A stretch of 63,444 bases of DNA, the filler included, from Platydemus manokwari (taxonomy: Eukaryota), in NCBI GenBank assembly GCA_037951405.1. It is 6 parts of 6 records of this genome, joined end to end, with 100 filler letters (N's around TTAATTAATTAA, not from the genome) between each part and the next. Parts side by side here need not be neighbours in the genome. Positions count along the whole stretch, not along the records: positions 9,865 to 19,680 come from JBBMOY011201099.1; positions 19,781 to 30,726 come from JBBMOY011028857.1; 4 more parts are not named here. One strand, 5' to 3'. The position numbers were made by a program, and so were the translations under genes. The notes below the pieces were generated by a model. The model ran no database searches. It was given only the letters and a program-made list of their open reading frames with translations, and was not told where the DNA came from. Of the stretch, positions 13,800 to 27,000 are shown piece after piece. The first letter of the stretch is position 1; the number at the start of each line of letters is the position of its first letter.

Positions 13800-16510
13800 T
13801 TTGGTTGGCTCAAAATGGCCTGGTTAGTTCCCCACACCTTCTCCATTAAGCAGAATCCTGAATCACACTCCAGGGAGAAAAACAAGCCTCGAGAGCGAAT
13901 CAAGAAATTTCTCAAATTTTCACAAAACCAAAATTAAGACCGCGAGTAACTAAACCAGACTGATGGGGTAGCGCTGAGGGCAAATCCTGTAAAATAACAA
14001 GAATGCCCTTAGTACAATGTAATCCTCTTCGGTTCCCCGGAAATAACATAGATGATAACATTATTAGAAACGTCAAAACAGAAATATTATACTACATCAA
14101 ATCCCATGTCACAGAAGCTATTATTCTTTATAACCTAGACATAGTAGATACCAGAATTTTTCAAGCTACTCCAAAGAGATGCAGGATCAAAATCACTCCA
14201 ATCAATATCAACAATCTTCATTGGACACTACTAGTCGGGTCCAAAAATGAAAGTTTTGAGCTTGTCGACCAATTAGGAGACCAAAGTCCGTGCTTGTGTA
14301 GAGCAACAGCAAAAGGTGCCATATTAATCAGCACAATCAAATATTGCGACAGTCACGCAGTTACCATAATCATCAATGCTAGACTAATAATGATGACTGC
14401 GGACCCCTCATATGCCAATATGCAGTAAGCATCGCCCAAAAGAGACCAATTGAACACATCCACGTTGAAAATATCAGATCACAAAAAAATTAGCAGCTTT
14501 AGTAAAATCAGTATAAATATCGTAGAAGGCCAGGTAGAAAACTCACATATTGAAGCATCCCAAGATGAGCACCTTCTGTTTTCTGAGAGAAAAATGGTCG
14601 TCCTCTGCAGAAAAGAAGTTCGATGCCCTAAAATTCCTAATTTTAGACCTGGCCATAAACAAAGCATTAGCTAGTAACAACATCGAGGAAATCAAAGAAA
14701 ATCTTTCTCTCAAATACTTTAACAACAGATAAATCACCTTCTGTTCTATACTCCTGAAGTGCAAAAATTGTGCAACTCATGAGTGCAACTATCAGAAACA
14801 ACAAAATAGCCTTATTAGACCCAGAAAGAAATTCACCAAATAATGAAAAAGTACTTGCAATACCTAACGAGGGTCCTAAGAATAACCTGCAAATCAAACT
14901 TATCTTAGCACACGATTTAGTCAATAATCTTAAAGAAAAACCAATCAACGAAACGTTTCAAATCATCCGTGAATATGTAATAAGCATGTCCACAATTAAA
15001 TTACCAGAGCGTCCTTTCTCAGGAAGATCACAGAATGATATCAGCCGAGGAAAAACCGATATCAAAATGAGAAACCTAGTTAACAACGCATCATCGGCGG
15101 CATTTGAAATCATAACAAGAGCCATCCATGCAAATGTGAGGCCCAAAAAATGTAAAATAGAGGAGCAATACTCCAAGAAACAAAATGAACATGAAATTTC
15201 TGATGAATGGCGGACATACTCCACAACAATGATCCACATACAGATGAAGAACGGACAGTATGACAAAATCGAGTCATGGCGACCTATCGCATTACTAGAT
15301 TTCTGCGATAAATTGTTAACAACGATTCTTTGTCTACAATTTCGAGAATGAGTAGAGACTAACAACCTAATACACCATCACAGAAGATATTAGGGTCAAC
15401 AATCGGTTGTGCAAAGTACAATTTCCTTCTACGAGTCTTATTGAAAGAACATACAAAAAGGCAGAAATGATATCCTTTTGGCATTTCCATCTGTATACGT
15501 GAAAGCCATGTTCACCATCCTAAAACGTATGGGTGTTAACAAAAATTTGCTTAAATTGATCAAATGCCCTTACAGAAGTTGCCGAAAAACATGCAATTGT
15601 GGGGTCAGACAAAGATGCCTAATCTCAATGTCAGTTTGCAATATTGCGATCAAACCCATACTTGTGCAAATGGGAAAATAAAATTGGGGGTTTACTGATA
15701 GCCAGTACCAAGATCTCCTGCGGCCTATGCAGACAGCCTCGCGCTGATAGGAAAAAAATAGTGAAAGCCTCCAATCAATAGTCAATGATGCATCAACACT
15801 TGCACCATTAATAGGCTTCCGGATATCTGCACAATACGAAAACCGGATCCATCCTGAGTAATGTCTACCTCGAAAAACAAAGGATACCGCTCATTGAACT
15901 GGAAGATCACTATCGATATTTAGGAGTTAACTTTTCCTTAAAGTTACACAACTTTATTGAGGCTCTGTTTATTGATATTGAAAAGAACATGGAACTAGGA
16001 AACACGAAGTTACCAGACAAGCGGCATACTACTCTTTGAACAAAGCGGTAAAGACAGAAATCGAGGCCAAAAACCATAGTGAAACATTCGACTGACTTAA
16101 CTCCCAGATTTCAGGAACACATAGAAGTAAGATGTGGTAGGGAAAAGTGAGAGAATCAATTAAATATGCATCAAAGAAACTACAAACCTCTGTGAGATTC
16201 AGAATTATCAATAACATCTTAATAGTTAGAATATTCTATCAAACGGGAATAATTACTCTTGATCAGCCCAAAAGAATAAAAGAAGATCCGAAACTATTAA
16301 GGAGATGTTTTTCCCAATCATATCAAATGATTTGGAATAACCAAATTCAAAGTTGGGGCTACAGTTGTCTCAACGAAACGACGAGCCATATGTGGAGAAA
16401 AATAGTCTTTCGCGGATACCTGACAAAAGCTGAATTTCAATTTATCCATAAGGCGAAGAAAGACATTCTTCCAACACTGAATAAGAAGTTCATGAATGGA
16501 ATGGCATGAT
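13800..16510 (+). mobile_element. Degenerate NeSL-clade non-LTR retrotransposon with Ulp1-like protease and RT remnants
   Basis: PININNLHWTLLV (C48/Ulp1 His motif) in ORF 14003-14428. RT motifs WRPIALLD, AFPSV, GVRQRCLIS..NIAIKPIL, AYADSLALI and YRYLGV. Later QSWGY and FQFIHKAKKDILP. Many stops and frameshifts; the 3' end is lost. Confidence 0.88.
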
Positions 16511-17415
16511 GAGATCTACTTAAACGTGAAACGGATAAAATGCGAAGTGTGATGTTATAGAGTCGATCATTTGAAAGAGTCTAATTTATAAAGTCAGTTT
16601 TACCTGACTATCTTATTAGCCATTGTTTTAAATAAATATTTTTTTTTGTGAAGTAAATAGTTGAGTATTTTATTCGCTTAATATTTCATTTCACCTCAAT
16701 ATTGTAGCTTGTTCAGTAAAGCATCATTTTATAATTATTTTATTTGAATAACGATTCCTATCGGTTATCAATGTATAAAAAGCGATAAATTGATTACGAG
16801 TCAAGAGTGTAAATTGAAGCAGTTAAAATTTGTAGCTCGAAACACTGTTATTGGCCTTTACCATCGACTTCAAATGAGCGATAGAAAGTCGGAGAGACAA
16901 AACAATTAAAAAGATTTGTTGAGGCAATGGACTAACAGAGAACTCCCAAACATGGATAGTGATATCAGATAAAATGTTTAAAGAGATTGGCAACGAAACA
17001 CACATTATATTTTATTCAATATAATTTATTTAAGTCTGTCGGCTTTATATTGATCTAATTTTATCGTAATTTCAGGTCACTAACCCATTTTATTTCAATC
17101 ATTGCTATTGTCATCGTTAACAATAACTTATACTTAATTATCAAAAATAATAATCTTTGGAGCCAGATTAAAGTTGTTATATCAAAAGTCTATTAAATTA
17201 CAACGGTCTGATTGGCATGCACTTCTTGCGTATACCTAGATTATAATTAGCCACGTATTCTAATTTTAACCAACTACTATCAGCTTTTATCAAAGCTTTC
17301 ATCAATTTCGGACAATGAGAAGAATTGTGATTGAAAATTATTTCCAATGAATGATATTTTCAGATTATCAATGATGGCCAATATTTCGAACAAATTTTTC
17401 AATATATGTTAAGAT

Positions 17416-18094
17416 CGGTATTCCGCGGAACCTTAGGGTTCCACCAGTACACTCCAGGGGTTTTGCAATTTCTAAATTTCTAAGTTAGAACAACGAACAA
17501 ATAAACAACATGTTAAATTCAATTTCGAAAATCTATTTTATTATTATTATTTGTATTATTTTATTAGTTAATTTTTAAAAATACTAAATATACTACATTT
17601 GAAAGATCACTTTGTCCTACAACTACTAGATTTGCTTATATATATACTTATTATATATTTATAATTCTGCTTTCAGATTTATAACCATAGATCGATTTGT
17701 GAAAAAACGCAAATGAATATATGCAGGATAAGCTTTTCAGCTCTGGCAACCATCAAACATAAGAAACGAGCATAATTGCTGTCTGTGAAAGATGAATTCT
17801 GTGTATGTCTGTCCAAAACAAGACCGGATCTTAAGGACTTGTGCAAGACATGTCAGGCTCCAATTTCCTAATGAGTTTTTGATAATAATAAATTTAGTTT
17901 ATTCAAATATGTACAATTTTGTTTTCATTTCATTAACAAAAATATGCAATACTCTGAACATAAATATTTCTATTACGTTTTAAAAATAAATGCTGTTTTC
18001 TGCATAAAACGATTAAATTATTGCACAGTGATTCCTCAAGCCAGAGGAATGTTTCCGTAGGGTTCCTCTCTAGCAAAAAAATTGAAAACCACTG
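17416..18094 (+). mobile_element. Non-autonomous hAT (Buster/Charlie-like) element
   Basis: Subterminal ttccgcggaaccttagggttcc and right end ttgaaaaccactg. Dimerization-domain remnant FSALATIKHKKRA*LLSVKDEFCVCLSKTRP...QAPIS. Imperfect 8-bp TSD gttaagat/gtatagat. Confidence 0.85.
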
Positions 18095-19535
18095 GTATAG
18101 ATGATCATCATCATTCATGACAATGATATGCCGACAAAATTCACTGACAAATTCATATTAACTGATCTGATAATCAATCAATTTAAGATTTCATTTACTG
18201 ACATTTAGAATAATAGTCATTTTTTCTCATCATCATTAGTTACTGTCGAGATTTCATTAAAATGAATATTTTTCGAAATCAATAATGTATAAAAAATGTG
18301 TTAATAAATTATATTATCACAAATTTGTTTTCTACATATCATTGTTAACTATCATAACAATAATATATTTTAGATATCATTTTGTTCCATATCCCAGTCT
18401 GGTATTGTATTTGGTATCTGAAAATAATAGATTTGATCATTAATTTTCATAGAAAGATGATTTGAACCAATTAATATAGATAAGCAAATCATTGATTAAA
18501 AGTGCTTCTTTTATTAAATCGTGATAACTAGATGATATTAATAAATAATTCATATTTTATAATATTTCATTGATTCGATTGTTGAACTTTATAATATGAA
18601 TAATAAGTTCAAGTTATTATTGATTTTGTACTCCAAAACAAAATTAATGCCTATAAAATGTAACTAATTGCGTTTTTATGGTTGAAATATGAAAGATTAT
18701 TAGTAGAGATCAGTAGTACAATTAATAGCACAATCAATAATGCACACAAATCATAAATAATTACGCCATAAAACGTGTCCAATAAAATTCAATTTACAAG
18801 CAATAACCGTGAACAAAAATTTGGAATAGAAAAAGGGATATTAATATAATTATATTTGTAATTATATATTTGTATATAATGACATATAATTATATATAAT
18901 GATATAAAATGCTACATAATAGTATATAATATTATATATTGATATATAATGATATGTATAATAATATATAATGTTATACAAGAAATATATCGTTTCCATA
19001 TTTTGATATTACAAACCTACTGTAAGAGTTTCATAAATTTTATTATAGCAAAGCATATCATAAAAATCTAAATATTCAAACAAACGATTCTTTGATAAAA
19101 TCATTATCTATTTGATTGTTCGATATTTGTATACAATGAAATATGTTTATACGAGACATACTTATGAGACAGATTTGACAATGTGATTCTTATATTAAAT
19201 ATTAATTTAAAATCTTCTCATTTATAGATCGTGTTTTCAGTTTTAAAATCCATAATCGATGATCAGGGACTCTCACATATGATATATTTTGTTACAATTT
19301 ATTCATTCTTATAATATAAATGTTCGATAAAATATCAATTTCCTGTAAGTCAATATATTGAGATAAAAGTAGATCTATGGGCAATAAGTTAGTAATATAA
19401 TTTTAATAAAAATTGGGTTGATGACATTCGGTAATTGGTTCGCTGTAGATAATATGCTTTATCGATAGCCATGATTGTGTGATAATTGGAGTATTTTATC
19501 ATTAAGTTCAGTAGTGATGTTTTGAAAGATTAATT

Positions 19536-19680
19536 GGTACTATACGGTTATCGCTGTACATATTTTTAATCTTTTTAAATTCATTATTGATATCTTTATC
19601 TTCATTGATTTCTGTAAGTTGTATAATATGAATCTCTTTGATTTGCCTCGAAACGAGGAAGAGGCAGTTGCATTTTTTCA
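19536..19680 (+). mobile_element. Probable Merlin (IS1595/ISXO2-like) DNA transposon 5' end, cut by the contig end
   Basis: GGTACTATACGG terminal-like sequence, then ATG at 19628 reading MNLFDLPRNEEEAVAFF, which resembles Merlin transposase N-termini (recalled, short). Confidence 0.5.
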
Positions 19681-19780
19681 NNNNNNNNNNNNNNNNNNNN
19701 NNNNNNNNNNNNNNNNNNNNNNNNTTAATTAATTAANNNNNNNNNNNNNNNNNNNNNNNNNNNNNNNNNNNNNNNNNNNN
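19681..19780. other. Artificial contig spacer
   Basis: 44N-TTAATTAATTAA-44N. Confidence 0.97.
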
Positions 19781-20166
19781 AACTTCAAGTGTCGGTTGTT
19801 CGAATTCGTTTACAGGCACAAGTAATTGCCAAAGAGATGAAGATTGAAGGATTTGTCCCGAGCTCTCAATGGACTGATAATTTCATGAAGCGCAAGAATA
19901 TTTGTGTTCGACGGCCTACCACGAAGCAACAATGAATGTGGACGAGTCTGATTCAAACATTGTAGAATTACTAGAAAATTTCACTTTTATTGACAATGAA
20001 AAGTGTGACGATTTTGAGGAGTGTGATGTTGAAAATTGAAATAAATAATCTTATTTTCGATTTGAATTGTTTTTTAGCTGTATAAGCTGCACATCATATT
20101 AGCTGAAATTCAAAAATGTTGCCGTTATGTACGTATTAGCTGCAGCTTATACTCGGGATTTTACAG
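19781..20166 (+). mobile_element. Internally deleted pogo-family DNA transposon (right part)
   Basis: CENP-B HTH remnant IRLQAQVIAKEMKIEGFVPSSQWTDNFMKRKNICVRRPT fused to an acidic C-terminus. Right TIR gcttatactcgggattttacag followed by TA. Confidence 0.85.
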
Positions 20167-22279
20167 TATAAAATATTTTTAATGACAATGTTCTTGATAA
20201 TATTTCAAGTAATTATAGAAACATATGATGTAATATATTACATCACACACAATATGCCTTAAAAGAATCATTAAGGCGAGGTCAATCAATCCTTTCATTT
20301 GCCATCACATTTTCTACACAAAACTTCTCAATAATTGTGCAAGAATAATTCAGGGTTTATTTCGATAATTTAATCATATTCTAATATTTGGTGTATTTTA
20401 AACCATAATCTCAATTTTAAAATTCTCATTTGGCTAAGAGAGAGTTAGATATCACACCTCATTTCCTGGATGAGTTGCACTTGAAATATTTAGTCAACTG
20501 GAAGATTGTCAGCAATTGCTAACAATGCTATGCATTCAATAAATTCATTTTCTCCTCTCCATTTAATATCAATCAGTAAGGGCCTTCCATTAACTTACCA
20601 GTAAACATTATTCATGATCTGCCATTGCTGGCACCAAAATGAGCGATTTTTTGAAATAATACGATTTATTTCGACTTAATTATTTCATTTATTTTCTAAA
20701 TTTTTCTAATCGAACATTATCGGTTATCATTTACGAGTTTGAGTGATGAGGTTAATGATAAACCATTATTATAACAGGCTGTAATGATTCTCATTAGTGG
20801 TTCAAAAAGCCTGATAAAAAGCCCGGAAATAATAACGATATTACGTCGAAATCCTGAATTGATTGCACATAGCTATCTTGGGAAACATCAATGATTCAGG
20901 CGGATTATTCGCTGTGATTATAGCTTTTAATCTCGATATTCATTTCCATTAGTTGAAGACTAATGTTGACGTGGATAAATATAAATCAATCTTACTCATG
21001 TTGAGATTAATTATGGCCGGAAGTTATAATTAGTTATAGTTTATATTTGCTCCCGCATGAATTAATTTAATTGTGTATTATTTTCCAGATCCAATAACAT
21101 AATTTATAACTAAAAACAAAGCAGAATCAGAAGTACAAGTTATCGCGACTGTCATATTGGGATTTATTAAAAATCCGATGTTAAATATAATAATATTTTA
21201 TTGCTATGGTGCACTATATTTAGAATATTTTATATATAGTAATAATGAAAATAATAATAATCATTATTAATTTAATCATATTAGCCATTACATTGATTAC
21301 AATGAAATAATAATAAAATAATAATGATAATGATAATAATAATTATACTTTTCCAAAAAATATTTATATTGATGGCTTACCATTTTATTAAAACATTAAA
21401 TTAGAGCACTTTAATTTTAAAATTTTTAAATTATAAAACATGCTTATCATCACATTAAAGCTAGATATTTATAGTCGAACTTTATTATCATCAACTTTAT
21501 TAATCAATAATCCATTCGCCACTTATTATTGATTATTAATTATGTAGCTCACATAATACCAATAAACAAATTTAAAATTTGACATTTTGAAATATCGCTC
21601 TATGATATCACTCTAATAAATGTGATAAAAATTGGTTTAATCAATTGATGAGAAATTATAGCTTATAATATATTAGTTACCCCGGTTTTATTGACTGGAA
21701 TCGATAGAGAAATAGCTTTAGAGTTTAATTATATACAAATGGATATCTAATCGGAAATTTATAAAATTATAAGCGAACATTCAGTTTCTACAGAAAATTT
21801 TCGTTTAATTGCACAATAAATTAAACTTCTGTTCTATTCGCAAATATAATTTTCCGAGGTCTAATGAATTGGCGATATTTAAGAACATTAATTGCCTCTG
21901 TTCCTTTTTAATTTCTGATGACAATATCAAAATAATTTTTGATTAATAGTTTTCGATTAACTGAGAAAACTCCCATCGGTCAGTATAACTTGACTGGAGT
22001 CTATTGGATTATATTTATTGCGATGACCTTAAAAATTTATTATGGAAACTTCATTTTTGAATTAATTTCGTGTTTTTGATTTTGATTTTGTTTTTAAATT
22101 TCATTAAATTTTTAATCGTCGAATATTATTAATAAAAATAATATTAATAATATGATCATTAATAATAAATATTTCATGTTCATAGCATTTTATGTTATTT
22201 ATTTTCAAACAATAAAACTAATAGTTGTAACAACCATGTTTATTGTGAATCTGAAATAAATCTTTAAAAAAATGGATTT

Positions 22280-22527
22280 GTTTGAAAATTCTCACACTTC
22301 CTCCATTTTTTAAAATCTTTGATTTTCTTTGTATTTTTTTTATTGATTTTGTATCGCATAAACGACATATCTACCCACATTAAAATCTCAGATTCTTCTA
22401 TCACATATATGTCTTCTCTATATTTTCTTTATACCTTCTTATATATTCTAAATATTCTCAACATCTTCTACTTCAATGATTTTTAGTCATTGATCTTTCA
22501 GAGTTATATCCAGATGTACGGTCGCCA
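22280..22527 (-). mobile_element. Possible LTR-retrotransposon PBS and leader remnant
   Basis: Minus-strand TGGCGACCGT (22527-22518, PBS-like) followed by purine-rich, K/E-coding-like decayed sequence. No LTR CA end is seen upstream. Confidence 0.3.
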
Positions 22528-23957
22528 TAACAGCTGCTACTATTTTAAAAACGAAATGAAAATTCATAACTCCAAATTATTATTTATTTTAATACAATTA
22601 TATAAACTAATTAATATAATTTTATACAAAAATTTAAATTAAATCTTAAAGAAAGTTAATTCATTTAAAAATTCTGACATTTATTTTCATAACTGATGTT
22701 ATATATGACAATTATTCCACACCAGAGTGATTGGCTTGGTTTTCAATAAATTCTCTTAAATAAGTTATTTATTAATACTATAATTACTATATTTAAACTT
22801 CAAGCATAACATGAAATAATTAATATATCATGGTTATGTTTAATTATAAACTTCAATAACATTAATAAATAATAAATTTGTTTTAATTTCTTGATAATAT
22901 TAAAATTATATTTTATATTTTTATACTTATTAATGTATTTTCACGTATCAAAATATCTTAATAATTTGCATTATCATAAAATCTCAAGTTATTAATTTAA
23001 CTTTATATAATTTTCGTTGTTTTTACAAACCGTTGTAACTTGCCGTTAGCTATAAATGGTTAAACATTAATAAAAATCAAAATTTCATTACATGAGAGAA
23101 TTTCTCTTTGCATAAATAAGCAAACCAGTGTAATTTGAGCCTGTAATTCAAATCCCCTGGGATATTTCGAAGTGGTGCAGGTTGTTTGACCTCACAATGC
23201 ACCCAAAGAACATGAAAAGTATGGCATTTTCAGGTATTGATCATTTAGGTTTCTTAAATTTCTTAATTTTTGCAGGGACTTGATACGATGATGTGTGCTA
23301 AAATGAATTTAATACTCAATAAAAATGTATAAATAAAACCATCATCCTAATAACCAAATATCGATAAGGAATGGCTTAAATCATTTTTAATCCATTCTTA
23401 GTCCGATGCCGTATTATATTTCATGTTTAGATTCATTTCAGATTAAGCCATTTATTGAAACAGTTTTTCGCTACATCACTGGTGCATTTGAAAATTAATT
23501 GGGAATTGTACATAAATAATTGATTTTAAGTAGCACTTAAAGTATAACATTGATATGTGTTTAATAAATAACGTATTGCTCTTTATGTCACATAATATCA
23601 AATTTTCATCGATATCCGAATAATTTTTTCGAGATATATTTAGGTAGCCATATAATTTTTTATCCTAAAATCGTGAATAATTAATTTTTTTGGGTTGCTT
23701 AGTATGTGGTTGAGATTGAATTTACCACTCCGATGAATATTCTGCTATGCAGTGTAGGAAACTACTTAATAATACAGTTGTTAGATATTCACACATTCTC
23801 GTAAGTAAATATTCAAATTTAACTCCGACATGTAGACCCTAAAGGTTGAATAAAATGAAAAAAATACCCTTTCATTTATGAAATATCAGATGAAATCCTG
23901 GATAAATGCTACGAGATTTCATGTCTAATTTGGTTGTGAATGCAATATAATCTATTC

Positions 23958-24068
23958 CAGAAGTGGCCAACTTTTGTGTAGGTAAGATCGACTTTTCCTT
24001 TGAATAACATCTCACGCGACCGACTAAAATTGGCTTCAAGATCGACCAGTCGACAGGTTGGCCACCCC
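23958..24068. mobile_element. 111-bp hAT MITE
   Basis: TIRs cagaagtggccaac / gttggccacccc and a perfect 8-bp TSD atctattc (23950-23957 and 24069-24076). Confidence 0.85.
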
Positions 24069-27000
24069 ATCTATTCCATTAAAATTTTGCCGGTGAAGAC
24101 TATAATTACTTCTGTAACTACTACTCAAAATTTTCAATAGCACTTATCCGAAGTTTTCTTGTTTTATCATTTTTGTCATTCGATTATGTCGATTTCATAT
24201 AGATAGAAGTGGGTATCATTTAACTCCAGGATTGATATAAAAAATTTCCACAACTTTGTTCGATAAATCTCAGAGGCCTTCTTGTTTCAACAAATAAAAT
24301 GGAAAAGCACATCATATTGAATATAATGACAAATTCTAGCTCGATGAGTCCACAAGTTTATAGAAACCTACGGAAACACAAATGATTTTATTGATCCTGG
24401 CCTACTATTGAAATTAGTTTACCTAGAGGTCAATTTGTGTTTGTCGCGATCGACTAACATTCACTAATATAAGAAAATTTTGAAATCCTGATGGTGTCCA
24501 TAATAATATAATGCCTAAAAATATATTGGAACACTATTGGAAAATGCTTGTTGGCAGTCATTACGAAATTTTATTATTAAAATACTCTCAACCGTGAGTG
24601 ATAGTGAAGTCGAGTAAAATAAGTATTTATTCGAATCCAAGAAAAAGTGAATTATAAAATGACTGATCTGAAGTTCTCTCCTATAATAATATATTAAAAG
24701 AACCTGGAAATGAATCGATCTATCAACCGATATGTCTTTTTATCGGATAGTTTCATTAAAAATGGAAACATCAACACTTGACGTCAGCAGTAGAAAAAAC
24801 ATCAATATTGGAAATATTATGAACAGAAAACAGATCAAATACATATAGTCAAAGAGAACACCGCGAGAAAATATTTTAAAAAAATGTGTTTTGGTTTTAT
24901 AATAAAAATTTAAAATAAAAATATCTGTGAATATTCCCGGGTACACGATGATTATCATCTTATCGATTATTATCACAACAAAGAATATTTCTGCTTTACC
25001 AACTTGGACAGAAATATATTAAAAATGAATAAATTAATTAATTAAAATAATTTAATCATACAATTCGATTTTTCAAGTGGAAAATTATTTTTCACTTGGT
25101 GCAATCATCAATTCTAGCTTAGCTAATTTCCTTACTCCTCAAGCAATCATTGTAAGATCAGCTGCCGGCGGTAAATAAATGTTTTTCGAATAAATATTAG
25201 CATTGAAATTTTTATTATTATTCTCAATTGAAATCGACTTCATCAACTTTCGTTTCACAATTTATATTTTCATTTTGATCAATATCTGTATACGACATAC
25301 CTTTTATTGAATTCGCAACCGATATTATTGTTGTTATTGATATTATTTTGTGAAATATACACACAAATATGATTTCAATAAGCGGTTTCGGTCAAATTAT
25401 TTTGTGAATGAAGCAGTAGGGCATTCAAGCGGAGCGTAAATTATCAAACAATGGATGTAAAGTCCGATTGAAAGCTGATTAGTAGAATGATACACAAAAC
25501 CTGACTATTAATAAACTCAATGGATCAATGGATCAATAAAGGAATCCTTTTGTTTCTGTTGAATTATATGATCGAAACCAGTATATAAAAGCTTATATTT
25601 TTTAATATAAAATCATTAAATGTTTTTGTTTATTGATTGGTCGATTTATAAAATTATTTACATTTCATTGGTAACATTTTCTAGAAAGAAAATTCAATTT
25701 TTATTCACAACAGTGATTGTAAAGAATCTATTAATTGGAAAGAAATGTTATCACAATGTTTTCAGTCCGCATAGATCTAACACCATAACATGTTTTAAAT
25801 ATTACAATTGCTGGCACTTTTGTGATAACATCTTGCAATCGTGCTTGCTGACGTCATAGCCTATATGATTTCATAAAAGAACATTCCGAATAAATCAATT
25901 AAGCAAATTAGCAACAGTACCTAAGTTTGTAACTTAAAAATGAAAATCGAATAATAAACAGCGAATTCACTTCATCTAGATCGAATATTGAAAAAATTTA
26001 TCTTGGAAAATGTCCAAGAAATAAAGATTAATCACCACAGAGAAATCATTAATTTTATCACTATCCAACATATTATTACACTCGTTGACGGTCAGCGAGA
26101 AATGAAAGAACGAAAAGCAAAATGCGGCATATTCCGATGTCAAAGTAAAGTATTCAAAGTATTATACAAGAAATAGTAATGAGATAATGTAAAAGTTCAC
26201 GCCGATATTCTATTGGTAAATTTTCCCAATATCTTTTTCTCATTTATGGAAAAATTATTATTTTCTAATTTTGTCTCTAGAACCAACAAAATGTATCGAT
26301 TAAGAAATAATTTTTGTTACTATGAACAAAATGACAACATTGCCGATGAGAAATTTTATCAGCAATTTGCAATGAATAAATCTTGATTTAATAACGATGC
26401 CTTGAATTGACCAAATCAATTGGAAATCGATAATAAAAAAATAGATAATGAATATTTAGAAAATAAATAATAAATAATAAATAAATTTGTTCCATTGGAA
26501 ATTTAATTAAATTTTTAATATTAATAATACAAATATTGATAATATGGAATAGCATATCGATTTGAATTATTACTGATGATACTGTTGCGATATTGATTTT
26601 GATTATTGTAATTGACGCCATTCGTATGAGTAACATTATGATTTTGATTTACCAGCAATTTAGAATCAGGCTTAGCTTATAAGCCGATTCAGTATATCAT
26701 GAGTATCCTCGTTTTAGTATGTTTGCACTCATGAAACCCGCGGTTGCGGCTTTGAACTGGTAGTTCTATATCCGAGGATTTTTCATAATTTTATAATATC
26801 AAGCAAAATATGAACTGTTTGTGATAAAATGGGATGAATTTTAAGATGTTGGTGTAAATTAATTCTTCTTAAAACAAGGAATTCAAGCAGTTCCCGTACT
26901 TTCCTGTTGTGTTACTTATAACCGGTGAGTCGTTTTAAAACTGATGATAGGAAAAAAGGAATGCGCAGGTTAAAAATGAATGATAATAATTCATCATTAA

